DNA of 64,000 nt, from the NCBI GenBank assembly GCA_038231135.1, contig JBBRLX010000003.1, positions 128,001-192,000 on the forward strand. The letters run 5' to 3'. Below the pieces are notes generated by a model. That model searched no databases. It saw nothing but the letters and a program-made list of their open reading frames with translations, and was not told where the DNA came from. A program made the translations under genes and the position numbers. This document shows, in pieces, positions 1 to 10,000 of the stretch (position 1 is its first letter; every line of letters begins with the position of its first letter). The stretch is from Candidatus Eiseniibacteriota bacterium (lineage in GTDB: Bacteria; Eisenbacteria; RBG-16-71-46).

Positions 1-1
1 G

Positions 2-3000
2 ACCTCGGGGCCGGTGATCAACGTGCGCAACAACATCCTTGCGAACTTCACTCCGGCGCAATCCGGCGCGGCGGGACACTATTGCTGGGTGACGCCGTCC
101 GCCACGGCGACCGGCGCCGCGGGTTCGAAATCCGACCGCAACGTGCTGTTCGTCGCCGATCCCGGCCGCGGGTTCACCGGCCGCGCGGGCAACGTGGACC
201 GGGCCACCATCGCGGACTGGCGCGCGGCCACCGGCACCGACGCCGACAGCCGCACCGAGAATCCGCGGTTCGTCGGGCCCGCGAATCTGGCCATCGATCC
301 CACGGTTCCGACCCCGGTCGAGAGCTTCGGATCGTACTTTGGCGGCGCGATCTCGTGGGTGCACGACGACATCGGCGGTGATCCCCGGGATCCCGTGACG
401 CCGGACCTCGGCGCCGACGAGGGCAATTTCATCCCGCTCGACCTGTACGACGTGCAGGCGGTCGCCGTGCTGGCGCCGTCGGGCACGAACCTGGTGGCCG
501 GGGCTCCGTTCACTCCGCAGGCGTCGTTCTTCAACAAGGGCGTCGCGAATCTCACGAACGTGCCGCTGCGGTTCCGCATCATCGGGCCCGCGCCGGCGAC
601 CGACACCGTATACAATCGCACCGTCAACCTCGCGTCGTTCCCGACCGCCACCACCCAGACCGTTTCGTTCCCGGCGGGCTCGCTGCCGCTCGCGGGTACG
701 TACACGCTCGAGGCGGTGTCGGAGCTGGCCTCGGACGTGCGGCCGGCGAACAACCTGGCGAGCGGATCGTTCGCGCAGAACTGGACGCTGCAGGTGCAGG
801 TGACCGGCAACGGCACGGTCGCCCGCAACCCCAGCCAGGCGGTGTACGCGCCGGGCACGGTCGTGACGCTCACCGCCACGCCCGCGACCGGCTGGCATTT
901 CGTGGGCTGGACCGGCGATGCCTCCGGAACGTCCCCGATCACCACGGTCACCATGAACGCGCATCGCAACGTGGTCGCGACGTTCGCGATCGACACGTTC
1001 ACGCTGGCGCTCACCGCGACGTCCGGCGGCGCGGTGCAGGCGTCCCCGGCGCTCGCGAGCTACCCCTATGGGACCGCCGTGTCGGTCACGGCGACACCGG
1101 CGAACGGGTACCACTTCACGGGCTGGACCGGTGACACCACCACGGCGAATCCAACGCTGGCGCTGACGATGGTCGCGAACCGCAGCTTCACCGCGAACTT
1201 CGTGATCAACACCTACAGTCTCGACGTCACCATCGCCGGCCAGGGCGTCGTGACGAAGAGCCCCGATCAGCCGGCCTATCCGCATGGCACGGCCGTCACG
1301 CTGACCGCGACTCCGGCGACCGGCTGGCATTTTGCCGGCTGGACCGGCGACACCACGGCGGCCGCAAATCCGCTGGCGCTGACGATGACGGCGTCCCGGA
1401 CGCTCACGGCCACGTTCGCGATCAACACCTACACGCTCGGTCTCGGGTCCGACGGCAACGGCGTCGTCCAGCGGCAGCCCGACCAGACGCTGTACCCGCA
1501 CGGCACCGTCGTCACCGTCACGGCGGTGCCCAATGACGGCTACCACTTCGAGGAGTGGAACGGGGATCTCTCCGGCACCGACAACCCGGCGACGCTGGTG
1601 ATGGACACGAACAAGACCGTGTTCGCCATGTTCGGCATCAACGTCTACACGCTGTCCGTCACCACCACCGGCAACGGCACGGTGTCGAAGAGCCCGAACC
1701 AGGGCCTGTATCCGCACGGCACCGTGGTGACACTCACGGCGACGCCGGCGACCGGCTGGCATTTCGTCCGCTGGAGCGGCGACACCACGACCACGACGAA
1801 CCCGCTCGCGCTGACGATGACCTCGAACCACTCGCTCACCGCAACGTTCGCGATCAACGTCTACTCGCTCCAGGTGAGCGTCACCGGCACCGGCTTCGTC
1901 GACATCAATCCGGACCAGGGCGGATATCCGCACGGCACGGTCGTGACGCTCACCGCGAGCGCGCCCACCGGCTGGCACTTCCAGGACTGGGGCGCCAGCG
2001 GCAACGCGAACCCGCTCACGATCACGATGAACTCCGACAAGGCGATCACCGCGACCTTCGTGCTCAACCACTACACGCTGGCGGTGACGGCGTCGGGCAA
2101 CGGGACCGTGAACAAGACACCGAACGCGGCGACGTACGACTACGGATCGCAGGTCCAGATCAGCGCGACGCCGGCCGTCGGCTGGCATTTCGTGAGCTGG
2201 ACCGGCGACACCACCTCGAGCGCCAATCCCCTGATGTTGAACATCGACCGCAACCGGGCGATCACCGGCAATTTCGCGATCAACACGTATGCGCTGACGG
2301 TGACGGTGACGGGGCAGGGAACGGTGGCGAAGAGCCCGGACCAGCCACAGTACGACCACGGCACGGTGGTGACGCTGACGGCGACACCGGCCGTGGGCTG
2401 GCATTTCATCGGCTGGAGCGGGGATGCGACAGGCGCCGCGAGCCCCGTGACGGTGACGATGGACGCGGCCAAGTCGGTGACGGCGACGTTCGCGATCAAC
2501 ACGTATCCCCTGACGGTGACGGTGGTGGGGCAGGGGACGGTGGCGAAGAGCCCCGATCAGCCGCAATACAACCATGGCACGGTGGTGACGCTGACGGCGA
2601 CGCCGGCGGTGGGGTGGCATTTCCTGGGCTGGAGCGGCGACGCGGCGGGCGCCGCGAGCCCGGTGACGGTGACGATGGACGCGGCGAAATCGGTGACGGC
2701 GACGTTCGCGATCAACAGCTATCCCCTGACGGTGACGGTGGTGGGGCAGGGAACGGTGGCGAAGAGCCCGGATCAGCCGCAGTACGACCACGGCACCGTG
2801 GTGACGCTGACGGCGACGCCGGCTTTGAACTGGCACTTCACGGGCTGGAGCGGAGCCGCGACGGGCGCCACGAACCCGGTGACGGTGACGATGGACGCGG
2901 TCAAGTCGGTGACGGCAACGTTCGCGATCAACAGCTATCCCCTGGCAGTGACGGTGGTGGGGCAGGGGACGGTGACGAAGAGCCCGGACCAGCCGCAGTA

Positions 3001-6000
3001 CGACCACGGCACGGTGGTGACGCTGACCGCGACGCCGGCGGTGGGCTGGCATTTCCTGGGTTGGAGCGGAGCCGCGACGGGCGCCGCGAGCCCGGTGACG
3101 GTGACGATGGACGCGGCCAAGTCGGTGACGGCGACGTTCGCGATCAACACCTATCCCCTGACCGTCACGATCCGCGGCGGCGGCAGCGTGACGAACAGCC
3201 CGGACCTGGCGCTGTACGACCACGGCACGGTGGTGACGCTGACGGCGACGCCGGCTGCGGGCTACCACCTGATCGGCTGGAGCGGCGACGCCACGGGGAA
3301 CACGAGCCCGGTGACGGTGACGATGGACGCGGCGAAGTCGGTCACGGTGTCGTTCGGGTTCACGCTCGACGTGTCCGCGGTCGGTGGCGGCTCGGTGGCG
3401 AAGAGCCCGGATCAGCCGCTCTACGATCCGGGGACGGCGGTGACGCTGACCGCGACACCCCAGGCGTTCCACCACTTCCTGGGCTGGAGCGGCGACGCGA
3501 CGGGGACCGCGAATCCATTGGACGTGACGGCGGATCGCGACCAGGCGATCACCGGCAACTTCGCGATCGATACGTACCCGCTGGCGGTGGTCGTGGTCGG
3601 GCAGGGGGCGGTGGTGAAAGGCCCGGACCAGCCGCAGTACGACTACGGCACCGTGGTGACGCTGACGGCGACACCGGCTACGGGCTGGCACTTCTCGGGC
3701 TGGAGCGGCGACGCGACGGGTGCCACGAGCCCGGTGACGGTGACGGCGGACGCGGCGAAATCGGTGACGGCGACGTTCGCGATCAACAGCTATCCCCTGT
3801 CGGTCACGGTGGCGGGGCAGGGGTCGGTGGCGAAGAGCCCGGACCAGCCGCAGTACGACCACGGCACGGTGGTGACGCTGACGGCGACCCCGGCGGTGGG
3901 CTGGCACTTCATGAATTGGAGCGGCAACGCCAGCGGCGCCGTGAATCCGCTCGCGGTCACGATGACGGGACCCACCGACATCAAGGCGAACTTCGCGATC
4001 AACACCTATGCACTCAATGTCACGGTGGCCGGCAGCGGAGCGGTGACGCGCAGTCCCAATCTCGCCGCCTACGATCACGGCACGGCGGTGACGCTGACCG
4101 CGATCCCCGCGACCGGCTGGCACTTCACGGGCTGGAGCGGTGACGCGACCGGCGCCGCGAACCCTGTGGTGGTGACGATGGACGGCGTCAAGAGCGTGAC
4201 CGCGACGTTCGTGATCAACAGCTATCCGCTCGACGTGGCCGTGTCGGGTCAGGGCGCGGCGGTGAAGAGCCCCGACCAGCCCGCGTACGATCACGGCACC
4301 CCGGTGACGCTCACTGCCACGCCCGCCCCGAGCTGGCACTTCGTGGGCTGGAGCGGTGACACGTCGGGCGCCACGAACCCGCTGACGATCATCATGACGC
4401 GCTCGCGCTCCGTCACCGCGACGTTCCAGATCGACACCTACGTGCTGACGGCCGGCGTCACGGGCTCCGGCTCGGTGGTGAAGACGCCCGATCTTCCGGC
4501 CTACGACGCCGGCGCCGTGGTGCAGCTCGCCGTGGTCCCTGCGACCGGCTGGCACTTCACGGGCTGGAGCGGCGCCGTGTCCGGCACGATCACGCCGGTG
4601 TCGCTGACGATGGACGCCCCGAAGTCGGTAACGGCGGCGTTCGCGATCGACCAGGAACCGCTCGCAGTCGGCGTGACCGGCAACGGTGCGGTGGCACAGG
4701 TTCCGAACCAGCCGGTCTACGCCTACGGCACCGTGGTTCAGCTCACCGCCACGCCCGCGACCGGCTGGCAGTTCACGGGCTGGAGCGGGGACGCCTCCGG
4801 GGCCGCGAACCCGCTGGCGCTGACCATGGACGCCCCGAAGAACGTCACCGCGACGTTCACGATCCGGTCGTACCCGCTCGCCGTGACACTCGCCGGCACC
4901 GGCGCCGGTGCGGTGGCGAAGAGCCCCGACCAGCCCCTGTACGACCACGGCACGGTGGTGCAACTCACGGCCACTCCGGCCTTAGGGTCCACGTTCGGCG
5001 GCTGGTCGGGAGCGGTCAGCGGTGCCACGAACCCGGCGTCCCTGACGATGGACGCCGCGAAGAGCGTGACGGCCACGTTCACTGCGAACCTCTACATGCT
5101 CACGGTGAACAGCGGGCCCAACGGCAGCGTGACGAAGAGCCCGAACCAGGCGACCTACACCTACGGCGCCGTGGTGCAGCTCACGGCGGTGCCCGCCGCA
5201 GGCTATCACCTCGTGAACTGGGGCGGCGCCGCGAGCGGCTCGGCGAACCCGTTGCCGGTGACGATGGACACCACGAAGACGATCAGCGCCACGTTCGCGA
5301 TCAACACCTACACGCTGACCGTGGTCACCGTGGGCACGGGGTCGGTGACCAGGGCGCCGAACACCGCGACCTACACCCACGGGACCGTGGTCACGCTGAC
5401 GGCGACCCCCGGCGCCAACTATCACTTCACGAGCTGGAGCGGCGGCGTCACCGGCACGACGAGCCCCGTCAACGTGACCATGACGTCCGATCTGACGGTG
5501 ACGGCGACGTTCGACATCAACACGTTCGCGGTCAACACGACCGTATCGCCCGCGGGCAGCGGCAGCGTCACCAGGAATCCCAACCAGGCGCAGTACGCGT
5601 TCGGATCCACGGTGCAGCTCACCGCGGTGCCCGCGACCGGCTACCACTTCACCAGCTGGAGCGGCGATGCCTCGGGCTCGACGAACCCGGTGACCGTCAC
5701 CGTCAACGCCACGCGCAACGTCACGGCGACGTTCGCGATCAACACCTACACGCTGACGATCACCAAGGTGGGCCAGGGCTCCGTGAACAAGAGTCCCAAT
5801 AGCGCTACCTACACGCACGGGCAGATCGTGACGCTGACCGCGAACGCGAGCGGCGGTATGCGATTCGGCGGCTGGACCGGCGACACCACCGCCACCACGA
5901 ACCCGCTGCCGCTGCCGATGATCGCCAACCGGACGATCACTGCGCATTTCGTCGAGGCGCAGCCGCCGATCGTGCTGACGAACGTCCCCAATGGCGGCGA

Positions 6001-6562
6001 GAGCTGGGCGATCGGTTCCACGGCGACCCTGACGTGGACGGCGTCGGACAACGTCGGCGTGAGCGCCGTGGACCTGATGATCTGCCGCAGCGGCCCGACG
6101 GGACCCTGGGAGCCGATCGCGATGGGCATCCCGAATACCGGGACGTTCGACTGGGTCGTGGTCGGTCCGAGCACGGCCAGCGCCACCGCCTATGTGCTGG
6201 TCAAGGTCTACGACGCGGCCGGCAACACCGCGACGGACGAGAGCGACGGCGGGTTCACGATCGCCCCGCCGACCGCGGCGGTCGAGACGGGTCCGGTGGT
6301 CGCGTTCGCGCTCACCTCTGTGACCCCGAACCCTGCCGCCGGTGGCGTGCACGTCGGGTTCGCCGTCCCCGAGGCGACCCGGGTGCGGCTGACGATCGTG
6401 GACGTCCAGGGACGGACGGTGGCCACGCTGGCCGACGGCGTCCGGCCCCCGGGCCGCTACGACGTCCCCTGGCAGGCCGGGCGGCGGCCGGCAGGGGTAT
6501 ATTTCGTGCGGTTGGAGGGGGGCGGCCGGCAGTTCGTCCGGCGTCTCGTGCTGACTCGCTGA
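2..6562 (+). CDS. Giant secreted/surface protein, 5'-truncated by the window edge: beta-helix-like N-region, 24 InlB-B/Flg_new-like repeats, Ig domain and C-terminal T9SS/FlgD-like sorting domain
   Basis: Frame is open from nt 2 (TSGPVINVRNN...). Contains ~72-aa repeats YxLxVxxxGxGxVxKSPDQxxYxxGTxVTLTATPxxGWHFxGWSGD...VTATF. C-terminus reads FAL..PNP...VRLTIVDVQGRTVATL.DG...GVYFVRL...RRLVLTR. Confidence 0.85.
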   Translation, partial: TSGPVINVRNNILANFTPAQSGAAGHYCWVTPSATATGAAGSKSDRNVLFVADPGRGFTGRAGNVDRATIADWRAATGTDADSRTENPRFVGPANLAIDPTVPTPVESFGSYFGGAISWVHDDIGGDPRDPVTPDLGADEGNFIPLDLYDVQAVAVLAPSGTNLVAGAPFTPQASFFNKGVANLTNVPLRFRIIGPAPATDTVYNRTVNLASFPTATTQTVSFPAGSLPLAGTYTLEAVSELASDVRPANNLASGSFAQNWTLQVQVTGNGTVARNPSQAVYAPGTVVTLTATPATGWHFVGWTGDASGTSPITTVTMNAHRNVVATFAIDTFTLALTATSGGAVQASPALASYPYGTAVSVTATPANGYHFTGWTGDTTTANPTLALTMVANRSFTANFVINTYSLDVTIAGQGVVTKSPDQPAYPHGTAVTLTATPATGWHFAGWTGDTTAAANPLALTMTASRTLTATFAINTYTLGLGSDGNGVVQRQPDQTLYPHGTVVTVTAVPNDGYHFEEWNGDLSGTDNPATLVMDTNKTVFAMFGINVYTLSVTTTGNGTVSKSPNQGLYPHGTVVTLTATPATGWHFVRWSGDTTTTTNPLALTMTSNHSLTATFAINVYSLQVSVTGTGFVDINPDQGGYPHGTVVTLTASAPTGWHFQDWGASGNANPLTITMNSDKAITATFVLNHYTLAVTASGNGTVNKTPNAATYDYGSQVQISATPAVGWHFVSWTGDTTSSANPLMLNIDRNRAITGNFAINTYALTVTVTGQGTVAKSPDQPQYDHGTVVTLTATPAVGWHFIGWSGDATGAASPVTVTMDAAKSVTATFAINTYPLTVTVVGQGTVAKSPDQPQYNHGTVVTLTATPAVGWHFLGWSGDAAGAASPVTVTMDAAKSVTATFAINSYPLTVTVVGQGTVAKSPDQPQYDHGTVVTLTATPALNWHFTGWSGAATGATNPVTVTMDAVKSVTATFAINSYPLAVTVVGQGTVTKSPDQPQYDHGTVVTLTATPAVGWHFLGWSGAATGAASPVTVTMDAAKSVTATFAINTYPLTVTIRGGGSVTNSPDLALYDHGTVVTLTATPAAGYHLIGWSGDATGNTSPVTVTMDAAKSVTVSFGFTLDVSAVGGGSVAKSPDQPLYDPGTAVTLTATPQAFHHFLGWSGDATGTANPLDVTADRDQAITGNFAIDTYPLAVVVVGQGAVVKGPDQPQYDYGTVVTLTATPATGWHFSGWSGDATGATSPVTVTADAAKSVTATFAINSYPLSVTVAGQGSVAKSPDQPQYDHGTVVTLTATPAVGWHFMNWSGNASGAVNPLAVTMTGPTDIKANFAINTYALNVTVAGSGAVTRSPNLAAYDHGTAVTLTAIPATGWHFTGWSGDATGAANPVVVTMDGVKSVTATFVINSYPLDVAVSGQGAAVKSPDQPAYDHGTPVTLTATPAPSWHFVGWSGDTSGATNPLTIIMTRSRSVTATFQIDTYVLTAGVTGSGSVVKTPDLPAYDAGAVVQLAVVPATGWHFTGWSGAVSGTITPVSLTMDAPKSVTAAFAIDQEPLAVGVTGNGAVAQVPNQPVYAYGTVVQLTATPATGWQFTGWSGDASGAANPLALTMDAPKNVTATFTIRSYPLAVTLAGTGAGAVAKSPDQPLYDHGTVVQLTATPALGSTFGGWSGAVSGATNPASLTMDAAKSVTATFTANLYMLTVNSGPNGSVTKSPNQATYTYGAVVQLTAVPAAGYHLVNWGGAASGSANPLPVTMDTTKTISATFAINTYTLTVVTVGTGSVTRAPNTATYTHGTVVTLTATPGANYHFTSWSGGVTGTTSPVNVTMTSDLTVTATFDINTFAVNTTVSPAGSGSVTRNPNQAQYAFGSTVQLTAVPATGYHFTSWSGDASGSTNPVTVTVNATRNVTATFAINTYTLTITKVGQGSVNKSPNSATYTHGQIVTLTANASGGMRFGGWTGDTTATTNPLPLPMIANRTITAHFVEAQPPIVLTNVPNGGESWAIGSTATLTWTASDNVGVSAVDLMICRSGPTGPWEPIAMGIPNTGTFDWVVVGPSTASATAYVLVKVYDAAGNTATDESDGGFTIAPPTAAVETGPVVAFALTSVTPNPAAGGVHVGFAVPEATRVRLTIVDVQGRTVATLADGVRPPGRYDVPWQAGRRPAGVYFVRLEGGGRQFVRRLVLTR
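782..5950 (+). repeat. Intragenic tandem array of 24 ~216-bp (~72 aa) repeat units
   Basis: 24 units counted by the recurring GxVxKxP..Y..G..VTLTA.P..GW.F..W.G motif. Units at ~2287-3150 are nearly identical at DNA level. Confidence 0.9.
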
Positions 6563-7090
6563 CCCTGCGCTCCGGGGCTCACCGGCGCCTGCGGATGGCA
6601 CCCGGATGGAGCTCCCTCCGGCGAACCCCCGTTGCGCCATGGTTTTCGGGCCCGGCTTTGGCCCGGAAACGCCCCGATTCGAGCCTGGGGCGGATTCCTG
6701 GGCCCGCGGCCGGCCTCCCGGGGCTTCGCCCCCTTTGTGAGCTAGAGCGCGTTGCCCGGCGTCCTTCGGATGGACCGGGCAGCCTGACGTGAGGGGTGAC
6801 GCGGTCGTGCGAACTGCATCGCGCTCAGCACGTTCCTACCGGCCTCGGGCGAAAGGACTTGAACGAAGTCTGGACGATCCATAAGCTTGCATGACATCAG
6901 GCCGAAAGCCGCTCTCGGATGGCAAGCCTAAAAGGTTGTCATCCATCCGAGATTCGCGCTCTCGATCGCGAAGCCCCCCTTCCGCAGCGAGTCTCGAGCA
7001 CTGATGCAGTGGTGGTGGCGAGCCAACCGCACCCGTGGTGTGTCCCACCGCAGGTCGAACCGGATCCGAAGTATCCTAAAGGGAGCGATC

Positions 7091-10000
7091 GTGAACGTTT
7101 TGAAAACACGCTCACGTTCCTGGTCCGCGCGCGCGGCCGGAGCGCAGTGCGCTGCGATGTTGCTGGGCCTGACGCTGCTGCCGGCACTGTCGTGGGCTCA
7201 GACCACGTATACGTGGAACAAGACCACGTCCGCGTCGTGGGGCACCTCCACCGACTGGACTCCCACGCGCAGTTCGCCCGCCACCAGCGACATTCTCGTC
7301 ATCGACGGCAACGTGACGCCGACGCCGACACTCACGAGCACGCCGACGCAGACAATCGGACGGCTGCGCATCCTCAACAACGCGCACGTCACGTTCGCCG
7401 CGCAGAACTCCGGGCAGACGGTCACGATCAGCGGGGCGACCTCGCCGGCGTTCGACATGACCGCCGGCACCACGCTCACGATCAACGACGCCAAGATCAT
7501 CACGCTGTCGCTGTCGGGTGCGTCCACCAGCACGATCGCGGGCGCGATCTCGTTCGGGCTCGGGGCGCATCGCCTGACAGCCGCGAACGCGAGCCAGCTC
7601 ACGTTCGCGAGCGGCGGCTCGTTCACCACGTTGTCCGGATTCTCGGGTAACGCGTTCGGCAACGCGGGCACCGCGAACGCCGTGGTGTTCGCGAGCGGCT
7701 CCACCTATACGCACAACGCCGGCTCCGATCCATTCGCGCTCGTGACGCCGAGTTCCCGCGTGGTGTTCCAGACCGGCAGCACCGCGGTGTTCCGCACCGC
7801 CACCGGGTTCGTGGGCGACGGCCGCACGTATGGCAACCTGACCGCGCAGAACAACAGCGCGCTATCGGCCTCGGGCACGGGCAATCTCAAGTTCGGCACA
7901 CTGGTCGTCGAATCCGGATCGTCGTTCTCGTTCACCGGGAGCAGCGCCAACTCGATCACCGTCACGGGCGACGTCCAGAGCGCGGGCACCGGCGGTGTGA
8001 CGCTCACCGCCGGCAGCGGCCACGTGGTGTTCGCGGGCGCCGGCACCCAGACCGTCGGCGGCGGTGGCGGCACCGGCGCGATCACGATCAATGGCGGCGC
8101 CACGGTGAACGCCACCAGCACGCTCGCGCTCAGCCGGGCACTCACGGTGGCGTCGGGCACGCTGACCGTGAACGGCAACCTGACGCTCAACTCGGGCGGC
8201 AGCGTGTCGGTGGTTCCCGTCTATGCCAGCCCGGCCACGCTCACCTATGCCGCGGGCGCGACGCCGGGCAACGAATGGACGACCGGCACGGTGATCGGAA
8301 CCGGCGTGCCGAAGAACGTGACGATCGCCGCGGGCGCGGGCACGATCTCGATGCCGACGACCGCGCGCAGCGTCCCCGGTGACCTGACGATCACGAGCGG
8401 CACACTGGCGATGAATGCCGGCGGCGGCACACTGTCCGTGGGCGGCAACTGGACCGACTCGGGCACGTTCACCGCCAATGGCCGCACCGTGATCTTCAAC
8501 GGCATCACGACCCAGACGCTCGCGAAGACGGGTGGCGAGAGCCTGTTCGCGTTGCAGGTCGACAAGACCGCCGGCAACCTGGTTCTGTCCGCGAGCCCGG
8601 CCACGAACCTCACGCTCACCGGCACCTCGGGCGACGTGATGGCGATCACGAACCCGGGTGGACTCGACATCGGGTCGAACACGCTGACGCTGTCGGGAAG
8701 CGGCGGCAACTGGCTCAGCGGCGGCGCGACCGCCGGCGTGCGCACGGTGCTCGGCACGGGCACGGTCGCGCTCGCGGGTGCGAAGACGTTCACGAACAAC
8801 AACTCCCGCGCGCTCAGCTTCGCGAGCGGCATCACGGTCACGGCCGCCGGCGCGACCGACTTCGGCGCCGGCATATCCACGATCAACGGCACGCTGCAGC
8901 TCAACACCGGCGGCTCGGTCGTCACGAATGCGCCCACGTACGGCGCGACCGCGGTGCTGCGGTACAACCAGGGCGGCGCGGCAGGACGCGGCGTCGAATG
9001 GAGCGCCACCGCCGGCGCCGGCTACCCCGCGAACGTCCGGCTGTCCAACTCCACCTCGCTCGATCTGTCGAACGGCGCGCCGGCCGTGGCACGCCAGGCC
9101 GCGGGCAACCTCACGATCGATGTGGGCTCGGCGCTCAACATGAGCCCGATGACGACCACGCTGCTCGTGATCGGCAACGTCGACGACCAGGGCACGCTCG
9201 CGCTGTCGAGCGCCTCGGGCGGCGACCTGCGGGTGCAGGGCAATCTGACGGTGGGCGGCACCTATACGTCGAACTCGCGCGCCGTGATCTTCGAGGGCGC
9301 CGGCACCCAGGTGGTGTCGCGCTCCGCGGGCACGCTGGCGCTCGACTACCTGCGCCTCGCGAAGACCGCGGGCAGCCTGCAGCTCGGCAGCGACGTGACC
9401 GCGCTGGCCTCGATCGGGGCAGCGGCGCTGCAGTTCAACGGCACGACGGATGTCCTCGATCTGAACGGCCATCAACTCACGCTCGGTGGCACGCTCGGCG
9501 GCACCGATGCGGCGGGCGCCATCAAGGGCAGCGCCACCTCGTCGCTGACGCTCAACGGCAGCGGCGGGAGTGCGGGCACGCTTAAGTTCTCGACCGGGTT
9601 CGAGACGCTGCTGAACCTGGTGATCAACCGGCCGGCCGGCGGCGTCACGCTGGGCACCACGCTCACCGTGGCGAACCTGACCCTCACCGACGGCACGCTC
9701 GTCACCGGGGCGAACACCGTGACGGTGGGCACGGCGCTCACGCGCACGAACGGCTATGTCGACGGCAATCTGCGTAAGACCGTGCCGCTGGGCTCGCCCA
9801 CGGTGACGTTCGAGATCGGCGCCGGCGCGGTCTACGCGCCGATGACGCTGGCGTTCGCGAGCGTCACGACCGCGGGCCCGCTGACGGCCTCGACCACGTC
9901 GGCCGAACATCCCAACATCGCGGGTTCCGGCGTCGATCCCACCAGGTCCGTCAACCGTTACTGGAGCCTCAACGGCGCCGGGGTGGTGTTCACCGCCTAC

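Noticed and set aside
782..5950. Regularly spaced repeats considered as a CRISPR array
   Set aside because: The units are 216-bp in-frame protein repeats with no unique spacers and no cas genes.
6870..6892. Possible sigma54 promoter (CTGGAC...TTGCA)
   Set aside because: The GG-to-GC spacing does not fit the required -24/-12 geometry.
7004..7090. ORF-track start at 7004 for the 3785-aa protein
   Set aside because: GTG at 7091 has an RBS and puts the signal peptide at the N-terminus.
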